Assembly (NCBI GenBank): GCA_035291905.1
Contig: DATDRF010000297.1
Coordinates: forward strand, 14-64,013
DNA from: Bacteroidota bacterium
Lineage (GTDB): Bacteria; Bacteroidota; Ignavibacteria; UBA10030
Reading direction: 5' to 3'
Length of the DNA: 64,000 nt
The notes beneath the pieces were generated by a model. It worked only from the letters and a program-made list of their open reading frames with translations, had not been told where the DNA came from and did no database searches. A program made the translations under genes and the position numbers. Below, one piece after another: positions 9,508 through 20,286 of the stretch (the first letter of the stretch is position 1; the number at the start of each line of letters is the position of its first letter).

Positions 9508-10680
9508 CTACGACGTTGCGGGGGCCGCAAAGAAATGGGCAAAACGGTCGATTGCCGCACGAAATTCCGGACCAGGGGAAAGCAGGCTGAGGACAAGATG
9601 TGGCCCGCCTGTGACGTCGAACAGATAGCCCGGGTGGACAAGGATATTCTCCTTTTCAAGCAAAGCAAGGGACCACTCTTCGTCGGACCTGGTGGCAGGA
9701 ACCCGGATCATTGCGTTCCATCCCCCCTCGCTTCGAAGGAGCGAGCAGTCTCTCACGGAAACCGACCGGAGAAATGAGTAGTTCTCTCTGATCCTCTCGT
9801 GAAGAGGGGTTGAGAATAGGTGGATTTCGCCAAGAATTTCGGGGAGTACTATCTGGGAGGCCGTCGAGACCGAAAGAAATGTATCGGCGATTATCTCGAT
9901 TCTGCCGAGAGCTCCGTTAACCCACCCGGCCGGCCCACCCAGGCACATCCAGGCGAGTTTCAATTGCGGCAGGCCGGCAAGCTTGGAGAGCCCGTTGAGC
10001 ACTACCGTGGCACAATCGGTGCTTCCCGCAAATGTCGGAGGGATCTTCTCATGCGGGTCAAGAGGGAAAGAATGAAATACCTCGTCGATGATTAGCGGAA
10101 TGCCGCGACGGCCGGCAGTGGCAACGAGGAATTCCCGCTCGTCTTCCTTGACGAAGGAACCGGCCGGATTTGAGGGGTGAAGCAGGAGCACGGCGCGGGT
10201 CTGAGAATTCAAGGCCCTGGTGAATGAATCGCGGTCGATATACCATTCGCCGTCGTAGACAAGGTCATACACGGAAACCCTGATATCGTGAAGATCCGCG
10301 AGTGTGTCAAAAAGCGGATAGCTTGGGCGGGGAAGAAGAACCTGATCTCCGGGATTGCACAACAGGCGAAAAAGAAATGAATAGGCCTCGCTCGTGCTGC
10401 TTGTCAGCACAATCGATTCCGGATTTACCGAGGCTCTCTGTCCGGCGTAGTAGTCAGAAATTGCCCGCCTGGCAGCGGGGAGGCCTTTAGGAGTTGGATC
10501 ATATGAAAGGATCTGCGGGCGTGCGAACCGTTCAAGGAACTTGATCGACGGGGTTAGCCCACATCGGGTGGGATTTGATTCGGTGAGGTCAAGAATGGAC
10601 TCACCCTGCAATCGCTTCCGATTAAGGAGAGCCGTCAACCGATTTGCGTGAAGGTTCCACTCTGTGCGGGATGAAAACAT
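9508..10680 (-). CDS. PLP-dependent aminotransferase, class I/II
   Basis: Fold-type I aminotransferase features (FSSRTEWNL..., LSKLAGLPQLKLAW Lys region). The start is probably the internal Met at about 10680, which avoids a 50-nt overlap with typA. Confidence 0.75.
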   Translation of the reverse strand: MFSSRTEWNLHANRLTALLNRKRLQGESILDLTESNPTRCGLTPSIKFLERFARPQILSYDPTPKGLPAARRAISDYYAGQRASVNPESIVLTSSTSEAYSFLFRLLCNPGDQVLLPRPSYPLFDTLADLHDIRVSVYDLVYDGEWYIDRDSFTRALNSQTRAVLLLHPSNPAGSFVKEDEREFLVATAGRRGIPLIIDEVFHSFPLDPHEKIPPTFAGSTDCATVVLNGLSKLAGLPQLKLAWMCLGGPAGWVNGALGRIEIIADTFLSVSTASQIVLPEILGEIHLFSTPLHERIRENYSFLRSVSVRDCSLLRSEGGWNAMIRVPATRSDEEWSLALLEKENILVHPGYLFDVTGGPHLVLSLLSPGPEFRAAIDRFAHFFAAPATS

Positions 10681-10693
10681 GCCGGGGGGAGAT

Positions 10694-12544
10694 TCAGGCA
10701 AGCGTTTCTTCAGGCTTCTTGCGCGATAGGCGATTTCTTTCATTATGGTCGAGATACCGCTTGCGGAGGCGAATGCTCTTGGGAGTTATCTCCACGAACT
10801 CATCGTCACCAATCCATTCAATTGCCTGTTCCAGAGTTGGGAGTCTCGGCGGTTCAAGCCGTATTGCTTCATCGGAGCCCGACGCGCGCATGTTCGTGAG
10901 ATGTTTTGTCTTACAGACGTTCACGACCATATCCTGCTCCCTTGAGTTTTCGCCGACGATCATTCCCGCATAGACTCTGGTTCCTGGCTCGACGAAGAAC
11001 GTTGACCGTTCCTGAAGCTTCCCCATCGCGTAGGCAACGGCAATTCCGTCTTCAAGGGAGATGATGGCTCCCCGGGTTCGGTGTGCAAGCTCGCCTTTGA
11101 AGGGTTCATACCCGTGAAAATTGTGGTGCAGAATGCCGTTCCCCTTCGTTTGAGTCATGAACTCAGATCGGAAACCGATCAACCCGCGTGCAGGCACGAT
11201 AAACTCCAGTCTCGTGTTGCCCTGGGCCTGAATCATGTTTCTCATCTCACCCCGCCGTTGACCGAGGTTTTCTATGACCGCGCCCACAAATTCGTCCGGG
11301 ACATCGATGATCACGTGTTCCATCGGCTCCGACACGACGTCGTCGATTCGTTTGAGAATCACCTCCGGCCGCGAGACCTGAAACTCAAACCCTTCCCGCC
11401 TCATTGTCTCAATGAGAATGGCGAGATGAAGTTCTCCTCTTCCGCTTACCTTGAATATGTCTGGTGAATCCGTTAACTCCACACGCAGGCTCACGTTCGA
11501 GCGCAGCTCCCTTGCCAGGCGCTCGCCGAGGTTACGCGTTGTTACGTAACGGCCTTCCTGTCCTGCAAACGGCGAGTTATTAACCATAAAATTCATCGAA
11601 AGGGTGGGTTCCTCAATCGAAACAAAGGGAAGCGGTGTCGGATCCGCGGCGTCGGCTATCGTTTCGCCGATATCGACATCTTCCATGCCTGCAATGGCAA
11701 TGATGTCGCCCGCGCCGGCCTCCTTGATCTCAATGCGCTTCAATCCCTCAAACGTATAGATTTTTGTCACCCGCGCGTCTTCAGGTTTTCCGTCGCGGTG
11801 GATGATCTTCATGGGAGAGCCGAGTTTGATGGTGCCGCGTGAAATTCTTCCTATTCCCAGCCTTCCAAGGTAGTCGCTATAGTCGATCGTTGTAACCAGC
11901 ATTTGAAAAGGGGAAACAAGGTCCCCCGGCGGCGGTGGGACTTTCGAAACAATGGCGTCAAAAAGAGGCTCCAGATTGAGGCTCTCCTCATTCATCTCGC
12001 GCTTTGCGATCCCCTGTTTTGCGATGCAATAGAGGGCAGGGAAATCCAGCTGGTGGTCGTGTGCCCCCAGCGAGAGGAAGAGCTCAAAGACTTCGTCGAG
12101 CACTTCATGCGGACGGGCGTCTTTGCGGTCAATCTTGTTGATGACAACAATAGGCTGAAGATGCAGTTCGAGAGATTTCTTGAGTACGAACTTTGTTCCC
12201 GGGAGAGGTCCTTCCGCCGCGTCAACCAAGAGGAGAACTCCGTCGACCATTTTCAGTGTTCTTTCGACTTCGCCGGCGAAATCCGCGTGGCCCGGCGTAT
12301 CGACAATGTTGATCTTGATTCCCTTGGGGTTGGCCTTCGTGTGATAGAAGACAGAGGTATTCTTGGCAAGGATCGTAATACCCCGCTCGCGCTCGAGCTC
12401 GTTGGAGTCCATGACGCGGGTTACCAGGTCCTGATTTGCACGGAACGTACCGGTCTGGCGCAACATGTGATCCACGAGCGTCGTTTTGCCGTGATCGACG
12501 TGTGCAATAATGGCGATATTACGTATGTCTTCCCTACGCTGCAT
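10694..12544 (-). CDS. typA: Translational GTPase TypA/BipA
   Basis: G-domain motifs AHVDHGKTT and DTPGHADF. Length (616 aa) and domain order match BipA. Confidence 0.9.
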   Translation of the reverse strand: MQRREDIRNIAIIAHVDHGKTTLVDHMLRQTGTFRANQDLVTRVMDSNELERERGITILAKNTSVFYHTKANPKGIKINIVDTPGHADFAGEVERTLKMVDGVLLLVDAAEGPLPGTKFVLKKSLELHLQPIVVINKIDRKDARPHEVLDEVFELFLSLGAHDHQLDFPALYCIAKQGIAKREMNEESLNLEPLFDAIVSKVPPPPGDLVSPFQMLVTTIDYSDYLGRLGIGRISRGTIKLGSPMKIIHRDGKPEDARVTKIYTFEGLKRIEIKEAGAGDIIAIAGMEDVDIGETIADAADPTPLPFVSIEEPTLSMNFMVNNSPFAGQEGRYVTTRNLGERLARELRSNVSLRVELTDSPDIFKVSGRGELHLAILIETMRREGFEFQVSRPEVILKRIDDVVSEPMEHVIIDVPDEFVGAVIENLGQRRGEMRNMIQAQGNTRLEFIVPARGLIGFRSEFMTQTKGNGILHHNFHGYEPFKGELAHRTRGAIISLEDGIAVAYAMGKLQERSTFFVEPGTRVYAGMIVGENSREQDMVVNVCKTKHLTNMRASGSDEAIRLEPPRLPTLEQAIEWIGDDEFVEITPKSIRLRKRYLDHNERNRLSRKKPEETLA

Positions 12545-12639
12545 TTAATTACTCGCTCTTCCTAAAATGTTGAGGTTCGGAAAACAAAAAATGCCTCGGC
12601 TAGTACCGGAGGCATGGATAAGATACGAAATTCTTCGGC

Positions 12640-12676
12640 GAAAAACAAAAAGGCCGGCAAAGTCGCCGGCCTTCAG
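12640..12676 (-). terminator. Rho-independent terminator downstream of the 12697..13791 gene
   Basis: GGCCGGC-aaagtc-GCCGGCC hairpin, followed on the minus strand by TTTTTGTTTTT. Confidence 0.55.
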
Positions 12677-12696
12677 TTTGTGCAAAGAATTCTTGC

Positions 12697-13791
12697 CTAG
12701 ATGATAATCATGACACCGGCGCTGTATGCCTTGTATTTACCAAGGTTAACGTCAGCATTGACGTTGATAAGAAGTATCTTGATGCTGAGGCCGAAAGTCA
12801 GGCGAGAAGTATTCTCGCTTTCAAGTCCAAAAGCGATGGGCTGCATGACAGGTCCGGTTGGAGTGGCAACTTCCAATTCGTACGTGAAATCGATCGTGGA
12901 ACTCTCTTTCATGTAGCCGACATACGGAGTCAGGTTCAAGAATCCCCATCCGAGCCGGGCGCTGGCATTAATTCCGAACGCCGATGCTTTAACATCCATC
13001 AGACTGCCAACTTTCAAGTTCTGCGTGAAGTACCCGAGTGACACCTCAAAAGGAAGGGCATCCTCTCCGAACCAGACCATGGGGTTATGTTGTATACCCC
13101 ATCCGAAGAACTTGAACGAACCGACCTTTTCGTCAATCTCAACGTCAGGCAGATAGCGGAATGTGAACTGGGACCCCAGGATCGTGCCGATGGTGAGCTG
13201 GGGCGTGCCGAGGGGAAATGCCGGAGCATCTTCCAATAGTCCGGTTACAGGGAGCGCAAACAATTGTGCGGGAAGAGTATAGGTTTGCTGACCCGCGCTG
13301 GTGTTTACTGTGATCGTTTTTCCCGGGAAACCGACTCTGAGACTGTCCGCTTTCTTCCCCACAATCGTGGGGCCGTTAAACGTGACCTGAAACTCTTGTG
13401 AAAGGATTGCATTCTTTACGTCAGCCTGGTATTGCGCCGGCGCATTGGACTGCTGGGCAAGAAACGTCGCCTGCTCGTCAGTAAATCGGAATGATCCCCC
13501 GGAAGTGAAGCTCCGGTTCTCATCCTGAAATTGCGTCGCCATTCCCACCAGACCGAATTCGAAGTCGAATCCGAACATAGTAGCCCACGGAGCCCGATGG
13601 AACCAACCTGAATTCAGATTAGTGCCAAATCCGGAAACTATGGGGTTGACATAGGCCTTTGCGGCACCCTCTGCCAGCCGCCTCATGATTCCCTGAAGAT
13701 CCTCGTTTTCTTCTTCCGTGGTCGTCTGTGAGAGAAGCAGAGTGGGGGTTAGTAGAAATACGATTGCCGCGCAGATTGTAAAGCGCTTCAT
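12697..13791 (-). CDS. Secreted / outer-membrane hypothetical protein (signal peptide, beta-rich, 364 aa)
   Basis: Signal peptide MKRFTICAAIVFLLTPTLLLSQ. Alternating hydrophobic pattern typical of beta-barrels. Confidence 0.45.
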   Translation of the reverse strand: MKRFTICAAIVFLLTPTLLLSQTTTEEENEDLQGIMRRLAEGAAKAYVNPIVSGFGTNLNSGWFHRAPWATMFGFDFEFGLVGMATQFQDENRSFTSGGSFRFTDEQATFLAQQSNAPAQYQADVKNAILSQEFQVTFNGPTIVGKKADSLRVGFPGKTITVNTSAGQQTYTLPAQLFALPVTGLLEDAPAFPLGTPQLTIGTILGSQFTFRYLPDVEIDEKVGSFKFFGWGIQHNPMVWFGEDALPFEVSLGYFTQNLKVGSLMDVKASAFGINASARLGWGFLNLTPYVGYMKESSTIDFTYELEVATPTGPVMQPIAFGLESENTSRLTFGLSIKILLINVNADVNLGKYKAYSAGVMIII

Positions 13792-14121
13792 AGATGGTTC
13801 CTCCCTTGGTGTAACGTACCTAGAATATCAAGATTCGACGTAGTCCAGTGTGTTTCAGAGCACATCTGAAACTGAAAGCGGCGCAGCGATTCACCGCAGA
13901 GGGTTCCTCCCAGAAACCAGCTCAAACTGATGAAATCATCTGCACCGCCATCATCACAGCAGGAGAACAAGTCTGATAAAATAATACTTGAATTCACCGG
14001 TAGAATCAAGATGAATTGCGCAATTCAATAATTTCGGCGATGCTCCATTCGTTGCATTTTCCCTGCTTGATGCGTAATTTAGCACACCCCTGCCGTCCTC
14101 AATTTCGGATGGAAGGGATTC

Positions 14122-17100
14122 GTGTTTTCTGCCATCATGATCTCATCCATTAAAGATCTTCTATACTCATCAGAGCCTTTCCGTAAGTTTGCAGAATCCG
14201 TCAAGGAAAGCCGAAATGCGCTTCGATTGGAAATTTCCGGCGTTAATGGGTCTTTGATGGCATTTGTTGCCGACCTTTTGGGTGAGCATTTTTCCAACGT
14301 CATCCTCGTAGTTTCGACAGATGATCGTGCGGAGCAGCTTCGGGATGATTGTGCGCTCGTTACACCGGGAAGAAAGGTGAACCTCTATGCCCACGCTGAA
14401 CACCACTCTGCCACTACCCTTGATATGAGCGGACCCGTTTCCGTGATGGAGTCTCTCCATTCGCTTGTGAGAAATGAAGCAGGCATCATGATTGCTTCGG
14501 CGGAAACGGCAGCGAGCCTGCTTCCGCCTCCCTCTGGTTTCCGCGAACGGGCCATCATACTGACATCGGAAGTTGAATACCCGTTTCAGGGTCTGGTGGA
14601 CAAGCTGGAAGAATGGAAGTTCGAGCGCAAGGACTTTGTTGAGGGGTACGGGGATTTTGCCGTCCGTGGAGGGATTCTGGATGTGTTTCCTTTTGTCGGA
14701 GAGCATCCGCTGCGGATTGAATTCTGGGGGGACAGGATCGAGTCAATACGCGAATTCGAGCCGCTTTCGCAGCGTTCCATCAGGGAGCTTCACTCTGCAA
14801 ATATCGTTGCGGGATTTCCCGATGTCGCTGATCGGGCAGACCGAACCTCGACCGTTTTTGACTACCTGCCGGCCGGCACAGTTCTCCTGGTTGAAGAGCC
14901 GGTTCTCTGCGAGCGGGAGGTTGAAGAGGTCATACTCGAGGGCGTCAAGGGCGTTGTTCGCTGGGGCGACATTCTCGAACGGAGCGCAAGGTTTCCCCGC
15001 ATAGTTCATTCAAGCCTTTCCGCTCCCGACGCGGACATTCAATTTGGCTCATCTCCCCAACCGGCATTTCACGGAAGCATCAAGCTCCTTGTTGAAGATC
15101 TCCGGCGCGAGAAGGTACGGTCGTTCAGGCAAATTATCGCCTGTGATTCCGCCGAAGAGCTCACGCGACTGCAGGACTTACTCGAAGAGGAGATCACCCG
15201 AACCGAAGAGAGTGACGGGGGGGATTGGGAGTTTCCGGAACTCAATCCCGAGGGGTTTCACGGCGGATTCGTGTTTCCTGCCGCTTCGATTGTTCTTTAT
15301 ACCGAGCACGAAACATTCGGGAGGCTTAAGAAACGCGGGACCCGAAGGCGGCCGCGGTTCCGCGGATTCAGCCAGCGGGAGGTGTATCGACTGAAGAAAG
15401 GTGATTTCGTGGTCCATGCTGATTACGGCGTGGGAAGGTTCGCTGGATTGCAGACGATCAAGGTCCGGGGGAATGATCAGGAAGTGATGAAGATACAGTA
15501 CGATGAGGATGACGTTCTCTATGTCAACCTCAATTTCGTCAACAGTGTTCAGAAATATTCGTCGCAGGAAGGTCATGAGCCGAAACTGACCAAGCTCGGC
15601 ACACCGCAGTGGGATCGCCTCAAAGCGCGCGCCCGCAAGCGCATTAAAGACATTGCACGCGGGCTGATTCGACTCTACGCCCAGAGAAAGCACGAGCCCG
15701 GGTTTGCGTTTTCCCCCGACAGCCATTGGCAGAAAGAGATGGAGGCTTCGTTCGTCTATGAGGATACTCCCGATCAGTCAACGGCGACAGAGGCGGTGAA
15801 GGCGAACATGCAGGAGGCCGTCCCCATGGACAGGCTTATCTGCGGTGATGTCGGTTTTGGCAAGACGGAGGTTGCGGTTCGGGCCGCGTTCAAAGCTGCT
15901 CTTGACGGCAAACAGACCGCCGTTCTGGTCCCCACAACGATCCTGGCGCAGCAGCACTATCAAACCTTTCTGGATCGCCTTGAACGCTATAGTGTTCGTG
16001 TTGCCTCGCTGACGCGGTTCAGAGGGAAGAAGGAACAAAAAGGCATACTCGGAGATCTTAAGGAAGGGTCTGTGGATATTGTGATCGGGACGCACCGGCT
16101 GCTGTCGAAAGACGTGGTGTTCAAGGACCTTGGGCTTCTGATTATCGATGAAGAACACCGCTTTGGCGTTACGGCAAAGGAAAAGCTTCGGCAGATGCGC
16201 GCATCGGTCGACACCCTGATGCTCACGGCAACACCGATCCCCCGGACGCTTCAGTTTTCGCTCATGGGAGCCCGGGATTTGTCGATCATCAATACGGCGC
16301 CGCGTAACCGGCTTCCGATCATCACGGAAATATGTGAATTCGATCTCGATCTTATCCGGGAGGCGATTCTCAAGGAGCTTCACAGGGGCGGGCAGGTGTA
16401 TGTGATTCATGACAGGATCCAGACAATGGATCTGGTGGTCCAACAATTGAAGACAAAGGTCCCCGAAGCGCGGTTCCATTCCGCTCACGGACAAATGAGG
16501 GGTCACGAGCTCGAAAAAACGATGATGGCGTTCCTTGAGCGCAAGTACGACGTTCTGATCTGCACAAAGATCATCGAGTCCGGCATTGACATCCCCCGTG
16601 TCAATACCATTATTATCAACCGTGCCGACCGGTTTGGCCTGGCTGAGTTGTATCAGCTGAGGGGAAGAGTAGGGCGGTCGAATGTGCAGGCGTACGCATA
16701 CCTGCTTACGCCGCCCATAGCCACCCTGCCGCGAGTTGCACTGCAGCGACTCCAGTCAGTTCAGGAGTTCACAGAGCTGGGTTCGGGGTTCAACCTTGCA
16801 TTGCGCGACATGGAAATACGTGGTGCCGGGAACCTGTTGGGGGCGGAACAGTCGGGATTCATCATGGAAATGGGATTTGAAATGTACCAGCGCGTGGTTG
16901 AAGAGGCGGTGCGGGAACTGAAAGACGAAGAATTCCAGGGGGTATTTGGCGAAGAAGGCAGACAGACGGCCACTCCTCAACCGGAGACCATTCTTGAATC
17001 GGATCTGGAAGCCCTTATCCCGGACATTTATGTCGAGTCGAGCCAGGAGCGACTTGATATCTACAGGCGACTCTACCAGGCAAAAACGTTGAACGACATT

Positions 17101-17493
17101 CAGATGCTTGGCGAGGAACTGAAAGATCGGTTTGGAGATTTTCCCGAGGAGGTGGATCTGCTGCTTCGGCAGGTCGAGGTTAAGACGCTTGCATCGCAAC
17201 TGCACATTCCGCGCGTGGAACTCTCGGGCTCGCAGCTTCTGTTTTTCCTTCCTCCTTCAGCTGATTCCGTCTTCTATGGAACAACAGAGAACATGGAGGC
17301 GCCCTTTCAGGCTATCATGGGGTTGCTCAGCTCATCGAACGAGATCAAGTTTCAGCTTCAGCAGGAAGGCCCTCAGTTGAAACTGAGAATGACGATGAAG
17401 GCTGGAAAACTGCCCGCAGAAAGACTTCGGGAGGGGTCCGAAATTCTCGGGAAATTTGTCACTGCGGTCCAAAAGAAAACCCCGGGATCATGA
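14122..17493 (+). CDS. mfd: Transcription-repair coupling factor Mfd
   Basis: 1123 aa. Helicase motifs GDVGFGKTEVA and DEEHRFGV. TRG and C-terminal domains present, with UvrB-homology N-terminal modules. Confidence 0.95.
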   Translation: MFSAIMISSIKDLLYSSEPFRKFAESVKESRNALRLEISGVNGSLMAFVADLLGEHFSNVILVVSTDDRAEQLRDDCALVTPGRKVNLYAHAEHHSATTLDMSGPVSVMESLHSLVRNEAGIMIASAETAASLLPPPSGFRERAIILTSEVEYPFQGLVDKLEEWKFERKDFVEGYGDFAVRGGILDVFPFVGEHPLRIEFWGDRIESIREFEPLSQRSIRELHSANIVAGFPDVADRADRTSTVFDYLPAGTVLLVEEPVLCEREVEEVILEGVKGVVRWGDILERSARFPRIVHSSLSAPDADIQFGSSPQPAFHGSIKLLVEDLRREKVRSFRQIIACDSAEELTRLQDLLEEEITRTEESDGGDWEFPELNPEGFHGGFVFPAASIVLYTEHETFGRLKKRGTRRRPRFRGFSQREVYRLKKGDFVVHADYGVGRFAGLQTIKVRGNDQEVMKIQYDEDDVLYVNLNFVNSVQKYSSQEGHEPKLTKLGTPQWDRLKARARKRIKDIARGLIRLYAQRKHEPGFAFSPDSHWQKEMEASFVYEDTPDQSTATEAVKANMQEAVPMDRLICGDVGFGKTEVAVRAAFKAALDGKQTAVLVPTTILAQQHYQTFLDRLERYSVRVASLTRFRGKKEQKGILGDLKEGSVDIVIGTHRLLSKDVVFKDLGLLIIDEEHRFGVTAKEKLRQMRASVDTLMLTATPIPRTLQFSLMGARDLSIINTAPRNRLPIITEICEFDLDLIREAILKELHRGGQVYVIHDRIQTMDLVVQQLKTKVPEARFHSAHGQMRGHELEKTMMAFLERKYDVLICTKIIESGIDIPRVNTIIINRADRFGLAELYQLRGRVGRSNVQAYAYLLTPPIATLPRVALQRLQSVQEFTELGSGFNLALRDMEIRGAGNLLGAEQSGFIMEMGFEMYQRVVEEAVRELKDEEFQGVFGEEGRQTATPQPETILESDLEALIPDIYVESSQERLDIYRRLYQAKTLNDIQMLGEELKDRFGDFPEEVDLLLRQVEVKTLASQLHIPRVELSGSQLLFFLPPSADSVFYGTTENMEAPFQAIMGLLSSSNEIKFQLQQEGPQLKLRMTMKAGKLPAERLREGSEILGKFVTAVQKKTPGS

Positions 17494-18332
17494 AATTCCT
17501 TCAGAAATATTGCTTCTACATCGTTCTTGCGACGGCCTACCTGATGCAATTGTTCGGATCCCCGTCGGCACTGGGCTCCGGATTGGATTCGTTGCTCACT
17601 CTTTTTCCTCAAAAGAAACTTGTCCAGGAATTTGTTGCTGACGGAACCGGACATCGGTTCAGCATCGCAAAAGCTTTTCAGGCAAATCATGTGTACGGGA
17701 GCATTGGGGGTGCGCTCCCGCTTCTCGAAAGCCCGATCGTGGCACAAGGTATTCAGGCGAGCATTGGGGTCTCGGTTTCGACGCAATTTCACCCTGGTCA
17801 AAACATTGCCGTCACCAGCACAGAGTTCTTTGTTGACTACGCCATCATCGACATCATATGGAGCGACAACCTCTTCAGCCGCTTTGTCATGGGACATACG
17901 AGCCATCACTTGGGAGATAACGCGTTTGAGGAGCTTCAGAAGACGAAACCGGTCGATTACAGCAGGGATTATGTTGAAGGTTTCGCAGGCTACACGGCTG
18001 AGGGCTTGAGGATTTACGCGGGGGCAAACTACGGATTCGGGTTCGTCGTAAACCGCCCGATCCAGCGGCGCTGGATGTTCGAAGCCGGTGTCGAGGCGGC
18101 ACTTGTGCACCTTGGGCCGGGGCTTGTCGGTTACGGAGCATTGGACGTTAAATTGAAGCAGGAACTGCAGTATGGGTCAACGATTCGCTATCAGGGAGGC
18201 GTTCAGTTTCAGAACGGGACGGATCGGCTATTTCGTCTCGCTCTGACGCACCAGACGGGACTTGAAGACCGCGGTCAGTTTCACGGCCAACGCGTGGCTG
18301 TCACAACCTTTGGCCTGATCATAGAATTCTGA
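17490..18332 (+). CDS. Hypothetical protein, probable outer-membrane beta-barrel (C-terminal Phe)
   Basis: Overlaps the mfd stop (ATGA). Gly/aromatic-rich alternating pattern ending ...GLIIEF. The antisense ORF 17373..18110 is rejected in its favour. Confidence 0.45.
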   Translation: MKFLQKYCFYIVLATAYLMQLFGSPSALGSGLDSLLTLFPQKKLVQEFVADGTGHRFSIAKAFQANHVYGSIGGALPLLESPIVAQGIQASIGVSVSTQFHPGQNIAVTSTEFFVDYAIIDIIWSDNLFSRFVMGHTSHHLGDNAFEELQKTKPVDYSRDYVEGFAGYTAEGLRIYAGANYGFGFVVNRPIQRRWMFEAGVEAALVHLGPGLVGYGALDVKLKQELQYGSTIRYQGGVQFQNGTDRLFRLALTHQTGLEDRGQFHGQRVAVTTFGLIIEF

Positions 18333-18342
18333 AATCGACAGT

Positions 18343-18396
18343 GTAAAGTCCGACACCTGCTGATGCGATGCCATCGCGGGTGTCGGATTTTTCATT
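18343..18396 (+). terminator. Rho-independent terminator (hairpin AGTCCGACACC...GGTGTCGGAttttt)
   Basis: 12-bp inverted repeat followed by a T-run, immediately after the stop of the 17490..18332 gene. Confidence 0.6.
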
Positions 18397-18487
18397 TAAG
18401 CAAAAAAAGGATCCGAACTTCGGGAACGACTCTGGGCCGGAAGGTGTTTTCATCTGAACATCCACAGAAAAACAACACCCGAGAGCC

Positions 18488-18781
18488 ATGAACCAATACC
18501 TGTTTGACATTACACTTCCCGAGGAATTGACAGAGGAGTTCGTTTCGCTCATCCCGCGTCAACGGGCACACATTGAGACCCTCATGGTAAAAGGAGTTGT
18601 GACGAGCTATGGGTTGGCTTTTGACCGTTCGAAAGCATGGGTTACCCTCTTCGCCGAGTCCGAAGGCAGCGCTCATGAGGTTCTGAGCGGTTTTCCACTT
18701 TGTAAGTTCTTCGTCGCAAAGCTTTACCCGCTGGCCTTCCACAATGTGAGCCTCTCACTGACAAAGGTTTCTCTGAATTGA
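18488..18781 (+). CDS. Small ferredoxin-fold protein, possibly muconolactone delta-isomerase family
   Basis: 97 aa. The N-terminal YLFDITLPEEL... pattern and overall length resemble the MLI family. Weak call. Confidence 0.3.
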   Translation: MNQYLFDITLPEELTEEFVSLIPRQRAHIETLMVKGVVTSYGLAFDRSKAWVTLFAESEGSAHEVLSGFPLCKFFVAKLYPLAFHNVSLSLTKVSLN

Positions 18782-18782
18782 T

Positions 18783-19691
18783 ATGACAACGATTCCGGCA
18801 TCAACATTCATCTGCGAAGTGAGCTTGCGGGTACGCAATCTCGAATCTGTGGCAGGTTTCTACAGAGATTCCCTGGGATTCAGGGAACTCCCGTCCAAAT
18901 CGAATGAACGGCGACTTTCGGCAAATGGCAGCGAACCCGCCCAGATTGTTCTTCTTGAGGATCGTCATGCGGCTCCGCGCCCGGGATCTGCTCCCGGTCT
19001 GTTTCACACCGCGTTTCTTTTTCCGTCCAGGCAAGCTCTCGCCTCTGTTTTGCAGCATTTGATGGACGCGAAGACTCGATTCCAAGGTTTTGCCGACCAT
19101 GGAGTGAGTGAGGCAATCTATCTGGCAGATCCCGAGGGAAACGGTGTGGAGTTGTACTGCGATCGTCCAAGATCGACCTGGCACCTTCAAAATGACGGAA
19201 TTGCCATGGTGACAGAGGCGTTGGATGTTGCAGGCCTGTTGCTGGAGCTGGAGCACGAGAAAGCGCACCAATTGGATCCCGCGACCGTCATCGGGCATCT
19301 CCACCTGCAGGTATCGAGCCTTCAGAAGGCAGAACGGTTTTATCACAAGATTCTTGGGTTTGATGTGACACAGCGATCCTATCCCGGGGCTCTCTTTGTA
19401 TCCGCGGGTGGTTACCACCATCACCTGGGTTTCAACACCTGGAACAGCAGAAACAGCATTTCGTCGCCCGGGACGAGCGGTTTAGTCTCTGCAGGCATTC
19501 AAGTACCGGACGGGAAGTCACTCGAGGATATCGCGGTGCGATTGGATCAGAACGGGATCAAGATTCAGCAGGCAGAACGCGGGAGTCTCCTTGTTCATGA
19601 TTTTGACAATATTGTCATACGTCTTTCGGTGTCGGAACAAGGTTCTTCAGGATCATTCTTTCAACAGCGCTCTCAGGAGGTCGAGTTATGA
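18783..19691 (+). CDS. Two-domain VOC (glyoxalase / extradiol dioxygenase) family protein
   Basis: Two tandem VOC modules, with metal-ligand His/Glu positions (HTAFLF..., HLHLQV...). Confidence 0.65.
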   Translation: MTTIPASTFICEVSLRVRNLESVAGFYRDSLGFRELPSKSNERRLSANGSEPAQIVLLEDRHAAPRPGSAPGLFHTAFLFPSRQALASVLQHLMDAKTRFQGFADHGVSEAIYLADPEGNGVELYCDRPRSTWHLQNDGIAMVTEALDVAGLLLELEHEKAHQLDPATVIGHLHLQVSSLQKAERFYHKILGFDVTQRSYPGALFVSAGGYHHHLGFNTWNSRNSISSPGTSGLVSAGIQVPDGKSLEDIAVRLDQNGIKIQQAERGSLLVHDFDNIVIRLSVSEQGSSGSFFQQRSQEVEL

Positions 19692-20272
19692 GGAAAGGGG
19701 TTCTTCTCACGGTAATTCTCTTCATGGTATCATCAGCACTCGGGCAGACGGGGGGTTGGAACCTCGACAAGGCCCACTCATCGATCCGTTTTACGATTGC
19801 ACACATGGTTGTCTCGGAGGTTAATGGCCGGTTCGGTGATTTTGGTATTGAGTTTAGCTCTTCCAGGGATGATTTTGCCGATGGGTCCGTCAATATTGCG
19901 ATTAAGACAGGAAGCATCAATACAGATAACGCCGGACGTGACAATGATCTCAAATCCGAGAACTTCTTCGATGTGCAGAGGTTTCCCGAGATCAGGTTTA
20001 CCGGAGATTCCTTTGAAAAGGGGGAAGGTAGCAAATACAAGATCACCGGGGATCTGACTATCAAGGATGTTACGAAGAGGGTCAGCTTTGATGCGGAGTA
20101 CAGAGGCTCGGTGAAAACTCAGCGCGGTATGGTCATTGCATGGAAAGCATCGACCGTTATCAACAGGTTTGACTACGGTTTGAAATGGGATCGGATGGTC
20201 GAGGCGGGCGGGCTTGTGGCTGGAGAGACAGTGACTGTGAACATCTCCCTTGAGCTCCGGAAGCAATTATGA
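19688..20272 (+). CDS. YceI family periplasmic protein
   Basis: Signal peptide plus YceI-like signatures (NLDKAHSSIRFTIAHMVVSEVNGRFGDF). Confidence 0.8.
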   Translation: MRKGVLLTVILFMVSSALGQTGGWNLDKAHSSIRFTIAHMVVSEVNGRFGDFGIEFSSSRDDFADGSVNIAIKTGSINTDNAGRDNDLKSENFFDVQRFPEIRFTGDSFEKGEGSKYKITGDLTIKDVTKRVSFDAEYRGSVKTQRGMVIAWKASTVINRFDYGLKWDRMVEAGGLVAGETVTVNISLELRKQL

Positions 20273-20286
20273 TGTGAACGCTGTGC

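Noticed and set aside
14170-16506. Long antisense ORFs inside mfd (14170..14706, 15178..15726, 15778..16506, 16756..17205)
   Set aside because: They lie entirely within the strongly supported 1123-aa Mfd reading frame on the opposite strand. They have no recognisable protein features and are typical GC-rich antisense open frames.
17373-18110. 245-aa minus-strand ORF overlapping the 17490..18332 plus-strand gene
   Set aside because: The plus-strand ORF is translationally coupled to mfd (ATGA overlap) and has beta-barrel-like sequence ending in Phe. The minus-strand ORF has no features and is presumed spurious.
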